Shown here in pieces: positions 40,886-51,803 of a stretch of DNA of 64,000 nt (positions are counted from its first letter, which is position 1; the number at the start of each line of letters is the position of its first letter). This DNA is from Gammaproteobacteria bacterium (lineage in GTDB: Bacteria; Pseudomonadota; Gammaproteobacteria; Eutrophobiales; Eutrophobiaceae), in contig OZ250183.1 of the NCBI GenBank assembly GCA_965238225.1, positions 512,001 through 576,000 on the forward strand. The letters are read 5' to 3'. The notes under the pieces were generated by a model, which was given only the letters and a program-made list of their open reading frames with translations, made no database searches and was not told the origin of the DNA. The position numbers were made by a program, and so were the translations under genes.

Positions 40886-43800
40886 GTAATATTCCAGACA
40901 GCAAACAACGCAATATGGCGCTGGATCCAAGGCAGTCTTTTATTGTGCGTGCGCCTGCGGGCTCTGGAAAAACAGAATTACTCATTCGTCGTTATCTAAA
41001 ATTGCTCTCCGGTGTTGAATACCCGGAAGAGATTATTGCAATTACCTTCACTCGCAAAGCAGCAAAAGAAATGCGTGATCGAATTATTTCTGCGCTCGAA
41101 CTTGCTCGTACGGGAGGCATACCTACAGACGATTATCAAAAAGAAACCCATGTCCTAGCAACAGAAATAACCAAGCGAGATAAGGATAAAAAATGGCAGT
41201 TACAAGATAATCCTATGCGACTACGCATACAGACGCTTGATTCTTTATGGTCAGATATTACCCGGAAAATGCCGGTGCTCTCACAGTTGGGCGCACAACC
41301 AGAAACACTGGATGATGCAAGCCAGTTCTATTTGCAAGCTGCTGAACGTACCCTTCTTGCATTAGAGGATGGGGGTAATAAGAACGCAACAAGTTGGTCT
41401 GATGCTGTCGCCAAATTACTGGCGCACTTGGATAATGACCTGCCAAAATTAAAAGAGTTATTAGCAAATATGTTAGAACGTCGGAACCAATGGCTGCGAT
41501 ATATTGCCGATGATAATATCAGTCGTGAAAAACTTGATGAGGCTTTTACTTATAATTTTTCTGCAATATTGAGAAGAGCTAGGGAGGCAATAACAAACAG
41601 TGAAGAACTTATAGAGTGTATTAAATATGCAGCAAAAAATCTGCAAGATGAAGGCAAAGAATCATTAATCATTCAATGCGCAGGACTTGATGCACTTCCT
41701 GAAGCCAATCCAGATGCACTAGCACAATGGCGCGGCATTGTAGAGCTGTTACTTACCAGAGAAAATTCATGGCGCAAGACTGTTAATAAAAACAATGGTT
41801 TTCCAGCTGGCGAAAAAATATTCAAACCTCTATTCAAGCAATTGCTTGAACAATATTCAGGTAATGAAAATCTGTTAGAGAAGCTTATAGGGATACGCTA
41901 CATACCTGAAATCTGGAATTTAAAAGAAAACGGCAAGACAGCTTGGCTTGATGATGACCAATGGAAAATACTTCAGGCTTTGCCAAGCTTACTGGTTTTT
42001 GCTGAGGCACAATTACGGGTTCTATTTTCAGAACATAGCAAGATTGATTTCATTGGCATTGAACAATCTGCTTTGCTAGCCTTAAGAGATAATGAAAAGC
42101 CAACGGATTTGGCATTACAGCTTGATTATCGAATTCAGCATATCTTGGTGGATGAGTTTCAGGATGTCTCCGTCACGCAGTATGATTTATTGGAAAAACT
42201 CACTGAAGGCTGGTGTGAAAATGATGGCCGCACATTGTTTCTAGTCGGCGACCCCATGCAATCAATCTATTGTTTTCGAGCGGCAGAGGTCGGTAAATTT
42301 TTAAGCGTGTTTAACAAGAAAAAATTAGGTCAGCTACAGCTACAGCCACTCACATTGACTATTAATTTTCGTTCACAGCAGGGGGTCGTAACATGGATTA
42401 ATGACGCTTTTGAAACAATATTCCCACAACAACAAGACATCACAAAAAGTGCCGTGAATTATTCGCCAGTGTTTGCCGTAGATAAATCAGGCGCAGGACA
42501 AGTAGTAATACACCCACTATTTCAAGACAATAGCCATGAGGAGGAGGCGAAACAGATCGTTCATACCGTAAAGCGGATAGAAAAGGAAGCCACAGTTAAA
42601 GACATTGCTATTTTAGTACGCGCTAGGTCACAATTGGATGCAATTATTGCGCATTTCAGACAAGCTAAAATCTGTTTTCAGGCAGTAGATATAGAACTAT
42701 TAAGTCACCGCACTGCGGTTCAGGATTGCTTGGCATTAACGCGGGCATTATTACACCCGTCAGATCGCATTGCCTGGCTAGCCATATTACGCGCTCCTTG
42801 GTGTGGCTTGACTTTAGCCGACTTGAATACCCTTGCCAGCGATAAAAAGACATCTATCTGGTCATGCATGAATGATGAATTAAGAATAAAAAAAATGAGT
42901 AACGATGGTCAGAAACGTCTCTCGAAACTAAGAGAAATTCTTGAAAAGGCGATGACAAACCGTCAACGCAGATCACTGCGTCGTATGGTTGAAATGGTTT
43001 GGATGAAAATAGGTGGGCCAGCAACACTGGAAGATGACTCTGATCTGGAAAATGTTCAGACATATTTCGATGCCTTACAGAAAGAAGAAAAAAGTGGTGA
43101 TCTTAAAACGCTCGCCAAGCTGGAAAAGATTGTCGAAGAACTCTATGCCGCAACAGATACGCAAAGTTTAGATGAATTAGATGGCTCAAATAAACTGAAT
43201 ATTCAAATAATGACCATCCACAAGGCCAAAGGCCTTGAGTTTGATGTTGTTATCTTGCCAGGGCTAAACTATAGAATCCCTTCAATGGATAAGCGTTTAT
43301 TGTTATGGCAGGAGCAGCAACGCGAAGATAACACTAATGATTTATTGCTTGCGCCCATCAAAGAAATCGGCATCAATACTGATAATACATTATGTAGTTA
43401 TTTGGAAATGCTTGAAAAAACCAAGCTTGAAAATGAGCGAGATCGCCTGCTTTATGTTGCCGCAACACGTGCAAAAAAACAATTACATTTATTCGGGTCG
43501 GTCAGGCTGAAGAAAAAAAATAAACCATTCTTGTCGAAGGAGAATCCTTTGCTTGCAGCCATATGGCCGATAAAATATAAGCTACCCTCGCCGGGAAAGA
43601 ACTCTCTGCTTGCAACGCTCTGGCCGATGGTAAAAGAAGATTATCAAAAAGAATATTGCCTAGCTTATCCATCAGGACATCTAGAAGATATCATAAAAGA
43701 AACAACTTTGCCTGTTGAGGTAAAAAATTATTTTTATCGTCAGATAAGCGCATGGGAAATTCCAGAGCCACCAGAAAATATAAATTGGCAAAAAAATGAA

Positions 43801-44385
43801 GCAACCGTGGCAGAAACATCAGATAGCGATATTAAATTTGAATGGGCGGAAGAAACCATACGACACGTCGGTATTGTGGTGCACCGCTGTATTCAATTAA
43901 TATGTGAAGACCAAACTAATAATCGTTATATTTGGGATAAAAAAAGAATACAAGAAAAACGCGCTTGGTTTAGGCAAGCATTGGTGTGGCGAGGCGTTGG
44001 AGTAGAAGAAATTAACTTAGCAAGTAAGCAGGTAGAAGAAGCCTTGATTAATATGATTCAAGATAAGCGTGGACAATGGCTGTTTTCTGCAGAACATAAA
44101 CAACAAAAAAATGAATATGCCTTAAGCGGGATATATCAAGACAAGGTTATTAGTATTAAAATTGACCGCACCTTCGTCGATAAGGATGGCACGCGATGGA
44201 TCATTGATTATAAAACCAGTCGTCATGAAGGCAAAGATGTAGATATTTTTCTAGATCAACAACAAGAACGTTATAAAGAACAATTAGAAAAATACGGTGT
44301 TCTAATGAAAGGTTATGGCGAGCAATCAATCAAGCTTGGGCTTTATTTTCCCTTGTTGCAGGGTTGGAGAGCTTGGGAATATTAG
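40882..44385 (+). CDS. AddA-like UvrD helicase / RecB-type nuclease
   Basis: APAGSGKT, ITFTRKAA, LVDEFQD, VGDPMQSIY, TIHKAKGLEF, YVAATRAK, IIDYKT. Confidence 0.9.
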   Translation: MSNIPDSKQRNMALDPRQSFIVRAPAGSGKTELLIRRYLKLLSGVEYPEEIIAITFTRKAAKEMRDRIISALELARTGGIPTDDYQKETHVLATEITKRDKDKKWQLQDNPMRLRIQTLDSLWSDITRKMPVLSQLGAQPETLDDASQFYLQAAERTLLALEDGGNKNATSWSDAVAKLLAHLDNDLPKLKELLANMLERRNQWLRYIADDNISREKLDEAFTYNFSAILRRAREAITNSEELIECIKYAAKNLQDEGKESLIIQCAGLDALPEANPDALAQWRGIVELLLTRENSWRKTVNKNNGFPAGEKIFKPLFKQLLEQYSGNENLLEKLIGIRYIPEIWNLKENGKTAWLDDDQWKILQALPSLLVFAEAQLRVLFSEHSKIDFIGIEQSALLALRDNEKPTDLALQLDYRIQHILVDEFQDVSVTQYDLLEKLTEGWCENDGRTLFLVGDPMQSIYCFRAAEVGKFLSVFNKKKLGQLQLQPLTLTINFRSQQGVVTWINDAFETIFPQQQDITKSAVNYSPVFAVDKSGAGQVVIHPLFQDNSHEEEAKQIVHTVKRIEKEATVKDIAILVRARSQLDAIIAHFRQAKICFQAVDIELLSHRTAVQDCLALTRALLHPSDRIAWLAILRAPWCGLTLADLNTLASDKKTSIWSCMNDELRIKKMSNDGQKRLSKLREILEKAMTNRQRRSLRRMVEMVWMKIGGPATLEDDSDLENVQTYFDALQKEEKSGDLKTLAKLEKIVEELYAATDTQSLDELDGSNKLNIQIMTIHKAKGLEFDVVILPGLNYRIPSMDKRLLLWQEQQREDNTNDLLLAPIKEIGINTDNTLCSYLEMLEKTKLENERDRLLYVAATRAKKQLHLFGSVRLKKKNKPFLSKENPLLAAIWPIKYKLPSPGKNSLLATLWPMVKEDYQKEYCLAYPSGHLEDIIKETTLPVEVKNYFYRQISAWEIPEPPENINWQKNEATVAETSDSDIKFEWAEETIRHVGIVVHRCIQLICEDQTNNRYIWDKKRIQEKRAWFRQALVWRGVGVEEINLASKQVEEALINMIQDKRGQWLFSAEHKQQKNEYALSGIYQDKVISIKIDRTFVDKDGTRWIIDYKTSRHEGKDVDIFLDQQQERYKEQLEKYGVLMKGYGEQSIKLGLYFPLLQGWRAWEY

Positions 44386-44751
44386 TGGAAAATATGTAAA
44401 CAGCAATGGATTAAACGTGTACCTGAGAATTATACTAATTCATCATGTTTTGATAATATGACACCAACATAAGCGTGAGCTTTTATCTTGATATTTACAA
44501 CTATTACTAATTTTTTAGGGTTTCCTGTGAATGGGTGGCGGGTACTAGGCGGAAAAGCTAAGCGTAGCTTGTTAGTCAGGATAATCTCCGTTGAAAAGTG
44601 AAGCTATTGTTAATAGCATCTTAAAACTTGGAAGCACCGCTTAGATTTCTATTGTTTTTTTTGTCAAAAAACAGCTACACTGTGCGTCGCTATATTCTGT
44701 GCTGGTATTTTGTCAGAAATACTTTTCAATGTTTTAAATGAGATGATGATT

Positions 44752-44965
44752 CTGGCAACAGAATCCATTAAATGGCTTAACAACAAATTGTTTAACGATG
44801 CTAAGGGTTTCGGCTTTATTACACCTGACGATAGCAGTTAAGGACGTATTTTTTTGTTCCTGTGTCTATCGCGAGCGAAGATTTCCGTACATTTGTGAAG
44901 ACCAGCAGGTCAATTTCGACCTTGAAGAGGGAGTATATAAGGGCTACAGGCGTAAATTGTGATAA
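44752..44965 (+). pseudogene. Cold-shock protein (CspA family) pseudogene
   Basis: ATESIKWLNNKLFNDAKGFGFITPDDSS (RNP1), then KDVF, EDFRT, QQVNFDLEEG and GLQA fragments in shifting frames. Confidence 0.85.
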
Positions 44966-44998
44966 TCTCAAGGGTTTGATTGATTTAATGTTTTAAGT

Positions 44999-45034
44999 AA
45001 AATCCTGAGAAATTTCTTAAGCGGATTTTTTTTA
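44999..45034 (+). terminator. Possible intrinsic terminator after the csp pseudogene
   Basis: aaaatcc...ggatttt stem followed by a T tract. Confidence 0.5.
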
Positions 45035-45056
45035 ACGTAAGAATGGGAGTTTCAAA

Positions 45057-45320
45057 GTGAAGAAATTATTTGTTGGCAGTTTGCCACCCAGTACTACAGA
45101 AGATTCTCTAAAGGCTTTATTTTCAGAGTTTGGTACGGTGCGTTCTATGAATCTTGTGAAAGATTTATTTTCAGGAAATTGTAAAGGGTTTGCCTTTCTG
45201 GAAATGGAAGGTCATGAGGCGCGTGCTGCTATTGCCGGATTGGATGGTAAGTCATTTGGAGGTAATTTTCTTAAGGTAAAATTCGAAGAACCACGTAAAA
45301 GTAGAGGCAGGCGTCGCTAA
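45057..45320 (+). CDS. RRM (RNP-1) RNA-binding protein
   Basis: KLFVGSL (RNP2), KGFAFLEM (RNP1), Arg/Gly-rich tail. Confidence 0.9.
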   Translation: MKKLFVGSLPPSTTEDSLKALFSEFGTVRSMNLVKDLFSGNCKGFAFLEMEGHEARAAIAGLDGKSFGGNFLKVKFEEPRKSRGRRR

Positions 45321-45564
45321 AATAGGGCATCAGATTTTTAATTTACTAGATTCTTAATTCAAATGGTAGATGTGCTGTTATCAAAATTATTCCCAAAATA
45401 TATAAGCTAGATATATAAACTTCGTCTGTATCTTTAAACTCCTATCCTTATTAACCACTTAAACAATCCAAAAAAAACGAAGCAAATCAGAGCTTCATTC
45501 GCAAAATTAATGACTGAATATGTAGAAAAATTTTGTAGTTTGTTGCCGAGTCAGGTGTCTAGTT

Positions 45565-45996
45565 ATGATTAAACCATCTTGCCTCTTACAGCGACCGAGG
45601 AATCATCGATTGTCAGCTAAAGAGAAAATTTTGGCGCAAGCTCGTTCGTTTATTGAGTCCGCCAAGCAGAATGAAGCACGACTTTGTTTGCTTGATTTAC
45701 TAACAGAAGATCCGAACAATCATGCGGCATTATTGATGTTGGGCGGATCATATTTTATTGACGAGAAATATTCAGAAGCAGAAATAGTTTTTGAAAGATT
45801 AATTTTAATAGATCCGGGTGAAGGAAAATTCTCAATAGCCTTATTTAATACATTATGGAAATCAGATCGGACAGAAGAAGCCATTGAAGAAATAAAACGT
45901 TTCATATCTACTGCTAATTCTGTGAAAGAGAAAGAGACAATCGGTAAATATATGGAAATTACAAATTCAATTGCAGACAATCTTGACCATGTATAG
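45565..45996 (+). CDS. Tetratricopeptide repeat protein
   Basis: DPNNHAALLMLGGSYF...YSEAEIVFERLILIDP TPR pattern; start codon uncertain. Confidence 0.7.
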   Translation: MIKPSCLLQRPRNHRLSAKEKILAQARSFIESAKQNEARLCLLDLLTEDPNNHAALLMLGGSYFIDEKYSEAEIVFERLILIDPGEGKFSIALFNTLWKSDRTEEAIEEIKRFISTANSVKEKETIGKYMEITNSIADNLDHV

Positions 45997-46005
45997 GAAT
46001 TTATC

Positions 46006-46473
46006 ATGTTAAATATAATTAAGAATTTTTTTGAACAAAGAAATTCCCAAAAAGATGGTGATGAGCTTGAGCTTGAGCATCAGTTGAAATTGGCAACAGC
46101 TGCTTTGTTGATTGAGATGATGCAACAAGATGACGAGGTGCATGAGAAAGAAATTGAAACAATAAAAAATTCATTAAAAGAGAGATTCAGTCTTACTGAT
46201 GACGAATGCCACGCATTGTTTGAGCTGGCAGAAGAAAGGGTTGGGGATGCTGTTGATTATCATCGATTTACCAGTCTTATTGTTAGAGAATTTACACAGG
46301 CACAGAAGATTAAGGTTATAGAATTGCTATGGTCTGTGGCTTATGCAGATTCACATCTAGATTCTTTGGAAGAACATATGGTGCGGAAGATCTCCGATTT
46401 GATTCATGTTTCTCATAAAGATTTTATTAAATCTAAGCATAAGATACAGGATGCATTAGCAAATGATAATTAA
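46006..46473 (+). CDS. TerB family protein
   Basis: LATAALLIEM..D, LWSVAYADSHLDSLEEHMVRKISDL. Confidence 0.85.
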   Translation: MLNIIKNFFEQRNSQKDGDELELEHQLKLATAALLIEMMQQDDEVHEKEIETIKNSLKERFSLTDDECHALFELAEERVGDAVDYHRFTSLIVREFTQAQKIKVIELLWSVAYADSHLDSLEEHMVRKISDLIHVSHKDFIKSKHKIQDALANDN

Positions 46474-47274
46474 TATACAAAAAATAAATCGCTTAAATTA
46501 GCGTAATTTTATCTTCATCTATACATATTAATATTTTTATACAGTGCTCCTGTTGCTTTTTACAGTTTTTTTACCAATAAAAAATAATAATAAATATCAT
46601 CAGCTGATCTTTTATCAGTCAGGGTTGGTTTTTTGTAATTTTTCTTAAGATGATCGAGAATCCTTGTGTTTAGATCATCTAGAGTATTCTTAAATCTCAA
46701 GCTTGACCATCTCAAAAAATAAAACCATGATCTCAGAAACAGAAACATTTTCTTAAGCAGATTGTTAACTATCTTAGTGGTATGGAGATATCCTAACAAT
46801 ATGGGTATCTCAAAATAAAAAAACCTTATACCGAAGAACAAATTATTCGAGCCATCAAGCAGCATGAGGCAGATGCCAAAATCGTTCTCGCGCTGCCCTT
46901 GTGTTTTGCGCATTGGGTCATCCATGACCAAAGTTGAAGATATTTATCGAGATGTAGTTATCCGCCAAGGTTTTTATCATTGACGAAATAAATATTCTGG
47001 ATTGAAAACGAATCAAGCCAAACGATTAGAGCGTTTTAGACTAAGCATGATAAACCGAAAAGATTGTAATTGTATTATTAAAATTAAAACACCATCCTGT
47101 CAGATAAGGCGCTGTAAGCGTGGGTCAATTTTTCTGTCTTTACGAATGGATTTGATAAAACTTTTTAACCCCTCATGATATGAGTGTCTGCAAGAATGCT
47201 GGAAAATGTCAATGCCAGAGGTTGCTTTATCTTATCTCTCACGATCCTCACAGATACTATTATCTTGTATGTTA

Positions 47275-48489
47275 CTAAGCAGGGCGCTTGAATACTAATG
47301 CGGCATTAGTCCCACCAAAACCAAAACTATTAGATATAATAGTGTTGAGGCCTGCGTTATCTTGTCTTGTAGTGATAATTTTCATTCCAGCAGCACCTTC
47401 ATCTAGTTCAGTGATATTTGCAGAGGAAGCAATGAAATCATGTTTCATCATGAGCAGCGAATAGATAGCTTCATTGGCACCTGCTGCGCCAAGTCCATGT
47501 CCTGTCAAAGATTTAGTTCCACTGATCCTAGGTGTATCGTCACCAAATAATTTTTTTATGGCTTCAAGTTCAACAATGTCTCCAACGGGTGTGCTGGTTG
47601 CGTGGGTATTTATGTAATCAACAGGCGTATCGATTGTTGAAGTTGCCTGTTGCATACAACGCAGTGCTCCTTCACCAGAAGGTTTAACCATATCCGATCC
47701 ATCAGACGTAGCGCCATAACCAACGACTTCAGCATAGATATGCGCATTTCTGCATAATGCATGCTCTAGTTCTTCCATGACAACGATTCCACCGCCACCA
47801 GAAATAACAAAACCATCACGCTTTGTATCGTAAGGTCTTGATGCGGTTTCTGGTGTGTTATTGTATGTTGAGGAAAGCACGCCCATGCTATCGAACAGAA
47901 ATGCAGTAGTCCAGTGCACCTCATCAGCACCACCAGCAAAAATAATATCCTGTTTTCCAGATTGAATTATTTCGTAGGCATTACCAATACAATGTGCACT
48001 GGTGGCGCATGCTGAACTAATGGAATAGTTAACGCCTTTGATTTTATAGGCAACAGAAAGGCAGGCACTGACAGTACTTGCCATAATTCGAGGCACCATT
48101 GTCAGCCCCACTTTGCGTACGCCTTTTGCCCGCATTAGCTCGACTGCCTTAAGAAAATTCTGGTTTGAACCGCTCCCTGATCCGACAATTAATCCAGATT
48201 TTGGGTTTGAAATTTGTTCCTCACTGAGACCTGAATCTTCTATAGCTTCCTTCATAGCCAAATAGGCAAAAGCCGATGCATCACCCATGAAGCGTTTAAG
48301 TTTTCTATTAATCAATTCTTCAAGATTGAGGCAAATTCGCCCATGTATATGAGAGCGAAGCCCATGCGCTGCATATTCTTCACAGAATTCAATTCCAGAT
48401 TTACCAGTTTTTAGGGACTCAGTGACTTCTGTCTTGTTATTGCCAATACTAGAGATAATACCAAGCCCGGTAATTACAACACGCTTCAT
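47275..48489 (-). CDS. fabB: Beta-ketoacyl-ACP synthase I
   Basis: [36 protein letters not shown]. Confidence 0.95.
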   Translation of the reverse strand: MKRVVITGLGIISSIGNNKTEVTESLKTGKSGIEFCEEYAAHGLRSHIHGRICLNLEELINRKLKRFMGDASAFAYLAMKEAIEDSGLSEEQISNPKSGLIVGSGSGSNQNFLKAVELMRAKGVRKVGLTMVPRIMASTVSACLSVAYKIKGVNYSISSACATSAHCIGNAYEIIQSGKQDIIFAGGADEVHWTTAFLFDSMGVLSSTYNNTPETASRPYDTKRDGFVISGGGGIVVMEELEHALCRNAHIYAEVVGYGATSDGSDMVKPSGEGALRCMQQATSTIDTPVDYINTHATSTPVGDIVELEAIKKLFGDDTPRISGTKSLTGHGLGAAGANEAIYSLLMMKHDFIASSANITELDEGAAGMKIITTRQDNAGLNTIISNSFGFGGTNAALVFKRPA

Positions 48490-48516
48490 TCAAAATTCCT
48501 TAGTTAAAAAGCATCA

Positions 48517-49020
48517 TTATAGTTTGAATAAGCCTACGCGCAAATCCTTGGCTGTATATATTTCTTTATCATCAATAAGCATTGATCCATCTGCAAAACC
48601 TATCACCAGTTTTTTGAAGATGATCCGTTTAATATTAATACGGTATGTGATCGACTGTGTTTCTGGTAACACTTGACCCATAAATTTTACATCACCCACC
48701 CCAAGCGCCCTACCTTTTCCTAGTTCACCTGTCCAAGAGAGGTAAAATCCAAGTAATTGCCACATTGCATCAAGGCCAAGACAACCAGGCATCACAGGGT
48801 CACCATGAAAGTGGCAGTCAAAAAACCAGAGGTTCGGTTTAATGTCCATTTCTGCTACTACCAATCCTTTATCATAATTTCCACCCTCTTCACTGATTGA
48901 AATGATTCGATCAAACATAAGCAGCGGTGGCGAGGGTAATTTAGCATGGGTTTCTCCAAATAATTTGCCTTGACCTGATTTAATCAAGTCTTCATATATA
49001 TAGTTATTTTTTTTATTCAT
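48517..49020 (-). CDS. fabA: 3-hydroxydecanoyl-ACP dehydratase/isomerase
   Basis: [24 protein letters not shown]. Confidence 0.96.
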   Translation of the reverse strand: MNKKNNYIYEDLIKSGQGKLFGETHAKLPSPPLLMFDRIISISEEGGNYDKGLVVAEMDIKPNLWFFDCHFHGDPVMPGCLGLDAMWQLLGFYLSWTGELGKGRALGVGDVKFMGQVLPETQSITYRINIKRIIFKKLVIGFADGSMLIDDKEIYTAKDLRVGLFKL

Positions 49021-49225
49021 GCCGTTTACAATATCTCATATATAGCCCACTTAAAAAACCAGTTTTTACGAGTAAATCTTCCAAACATTTGAAATATAAA
49101 GTATTAATAAATCTAATTATTGATGCTGGCACCTATTTAGTTGCTTGAGTTACCATCCCTTGACACTGTCCATCCTATCGCTAGACTTCCCTTGGAAGTG
49201 GCGCAAGATAAATTAGGATAATCGA

Positions 49226-50458
49226 ATGTCAGCAGACAATATTTTAATAAATAGAAGAAAAAGCGTCGGTGTGAAGGTCGGGTCAGTATTGCTGGGTGGT
49301 GGCGCACCTATCGTTGTCCAGTCAATGACAAATACAGATACTGCAGATGCCAAATCAACGGCGAAACAGGTGCAAAAACTTGCCTCTGCCGGATCCGAAC
49401 TTGTCCGCATCACAGTGGATACTGAAAAATCGGCCAGTCAGGTTGCCTTGATTAGAGAAAAGCTGGATGCGATGGGATGTTATGTTCCTTTGATCGGTGA
49501 TTTTCATTACAACGGCCATACGCTACTGGAACAATATCCTGACTGCGCAGAAGCACTGGCGAAGTATCGAATTAACCCAGGTAATGTTGGTTTTGGCAGG
49601 AAAAAAGATGATCAGTTTGCTGTGATGGTAGAAAAGGCTATTCAATATAATAAGTCAATTCGTATCGGTGTTAATTGGGGCAGCCTAGATCAGAAACTAT
49701 TAACACAAATGATGGATGATAACGCCAGTTTAGCTGAACCACATGATGCTGATGATGTAATGAAAGAGGCTTTGATTGTTTCTGCTTTGAACAGTGCAAA
49801 AAAAGCTGAAGAGATTGGTCTAGCCCGGAGTAAAATTGTTCTTTCATGTAAAGTAAGCGGTGTACAGAAACTGATTTCTGTGTATCGAGACCTTGGCATG
49901 CGATGCGATTATGCGATTCACCTAGGACTCACTGAAGCAGGCATGGGTTCAAAGGGAATTGTCGCTTCAACTGCGGCAATGGCTGTGCTGTTACAGGAAG
50001 GTATTGGCGACACCATTCGTGTCTCGTTAACACCTGAACCCAATGGAGACAGAACCAACGAGGTAATTGTTGCTCAGGAAATGTTACAAACTATGGGGTT
50101 ACGTTCGTTTACACCACTGGTTACTGCATGCCCGGGTTGCGGCAGGACTACCAGTACCGTATTCCAAGATCTTGCCAACTCTATTCAAACCTATGTTCGT
50201 AGTCAAATGCCCATTTGGCGAGAGAAATATATTGGTGTTGAAGATATGAATCTAGCGGTGATGGGTTGTGTTGTAAACGGGCCTGGCGAAAGCAAACATG
50301 CAGATATTGGCATCAGTTTGCCAGGTACGGGGGAGACACCCATCGCCCCAGTTTTTATTGACGGCAAAAAAGCTATGACGCTTAGAGGTGATAATATCTC
50401 TGAAGAATTTCGTGCGATTGTGAGTGACTATGTTGAAAGTCATTATTCACAGAGGTGA
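49226..50458 (+). CDS. ispG: HMBPP synthase (MEP pathway)
   Basis: [46 protein letters not shown]. Confidence 0.96.
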   Translation: MSADNILINRRKSVGVKVGSVLLGGGAPIVVQSMTNTDTADAKSTAKQVQKLASAGSELVRITVDTEKSASQVALIREKLDAMGCYVPLIGDFHYNGHTLLEQYPDCAEALAKYRINPGNVGFGRKKDDQFAVMVEKAIQYNKSIRIGVNWGSLDQKLLTQMMDDNASLAEPHDADDVMKEALIVSALNSAKKAEEIGLARSKIVLSCKVSGVQKLISVYRDLGMRCDYAIHLGLTEAGMGSKGIVASTAAMAVLLQEGIGDTIRVSLTPEPNGDRTNEVIVAQEMLQTMGLRSFTPLVTACPGCGRTTSTVFQDLANSIQTYVRSQMPIWREKYIGVEDMNLAVMGCVVNGPGESKHADIGISLPGTGETPIAPVFIDGKKAMTLRGDNISEEFRAIVSDYVESHYSQR

Positions 50459-50617
50459 TTTTGGTTTTGCAAGAAAGATAAATAATTACAGTATTTTCTA
50501 TTATTTAAAAGAGTCTAGTCTTTGCCAATTCAGTGCACGCACACTTAAGTAAACACGGTTAAACAGTAATTTTAACAGACGGGCTGTTAGTTAAGGATCA
50601 ATAACTAGCAGCTTGGG

Positions 50618-51073
50618 CTAGCAGCCTGACACACGCAGATACTTTTGATACTCCACAGGCAGATTTCCAAAAAGACAAGTCCAAGGAGGGTCATCAGTAG
50701 AACTATAAAGCAATGTAATGAGTTCCCCTTCAAAGGGCTTTTGATTGATAACGTACAGTAGCGAAGAACCAAAAACTTGTATCTTGCATGCGCCACCTTT
50801 GCTAAACAACCCACTTTCTACACCAATCCAGCCAGCAATATTTGGGTCATTACTTGGGGACCCCGAATTATTGCTAGATCATACCCTTTCTTGGCATTTG
50901 TAAGCTCTGCCGAAACAGCCGCCAGCGTCGCTTTTTTGGTGTACCCCCCCCATAAACTGGTAGCGCGATTGCAGACAAAATACCAATAATTGAATTGCAA
51001 CCACGATCATTAGTTCAATCAGCGTAAAACCCTGTTGATTATCTTGCTGCCTGTGCCATTTTTTATTGCTCAT
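50618..51073 (-). pseudogene. Type IV major pilin pseudogene with at least three frameshifts
   Basis: QQGFTLIELMIVVAI / IGILSAIALPVY / YTKKA.../ C-terminal WTC...C region lie in different frames. Confidence 0.85.
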
Positions 51074-51225
51074 GCTTTAATTTTACCTACGCTAAATCTA
51101 TAAGGGGACAAGGTTTAATCTTACCTCAATTCAGCACGCACACGGCTAGACAATCTGGCACACTGTAAATTCTATCGGCGATTGATAGTTTAAGTAAGCG
51201 TTTTTATCTTATCCACCATAAAATA

Positions 51226-51512
51226 TTTCAAAGAAAATAGCTGCTTTTTTTAAGATCTCGCGCTCCTTTCGGAATCGCTTATTCTCTCTTTCGATGGTTC
51301 TAATATATGTTTTGATAAATGATTATTACGCTTGTCTGTTTTATAAAAAGCATCCGCACCATATTGGTCGATTTCTCCCCACCGGGACAAATGATCACGT
51401 GCCACTCCCAATATTTTGACTGACTGTGAGCGTTTTTATCCCTTTGTTCAAGCAGGTCGAACTGCCGCATGTTTAAATGTCTTGGTTGTATACCGTTTTT
51501 TTGTTTTGTCAT
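51226..51512 (-). mobile_element. IS3-family transposase OrfA remnant
   Basis: Fragments KRYTTKTFKHAAVR, KILGVARDHLSRW (HTH) and ERENKRFRKEREILKKAAIFF (OrfA C-terminus) with stops and frameshifts; no orfB seen. Confidence 0.75.
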
Positions 51513-51803
51513 CTTCACTCATTCTCTGGGGTGATTGCCTTTGAAAAAATATGTGTCAAACTTATGCGCTTGGCATTTTACTACAAGCATAAAGCTATGC
51601 CTGATTATGTTGCAAATAACAATATACCAGCAGACAATGAGCAGATAATGCTTTTTATCTCCAAAGCAAATTAATCTCTTCTCTGAGAGATCGTTGTGTA
51701 TGGATTATCGTTAAAAGTTTCTCCTAATTAAGGTTTATTGATTTAGGTTTTTTCTAGGAGGGCTACGGTGTGACAAGTTAAATTAATTGAAGGGAAAATA
51801 TTT

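Noticed and set aside
38114-44385. Helicase-nuclease pair as a novel defence system next to the integron
   Set aside because: Domain order and motifs match housekeeping AddAB-type recombination repair
44530-44580. attC-like half site (GACTAAC-AAGCTACGCTTAGCTT on the minus strand)
   Set aside because: No matching GTTRRRY end or associated cassette ORF was found
46560-47270. ORF 46560..46931 and adjacent non-coding DNA as a gene
   Set aside because: No recognisable motif or RBS; it may be decayed sequence but I cannot assign a family
51300-51518. 72-aa ORF as a real gene
   Set aside because: Largely an off-frame reading of the IS3 orfA remnant
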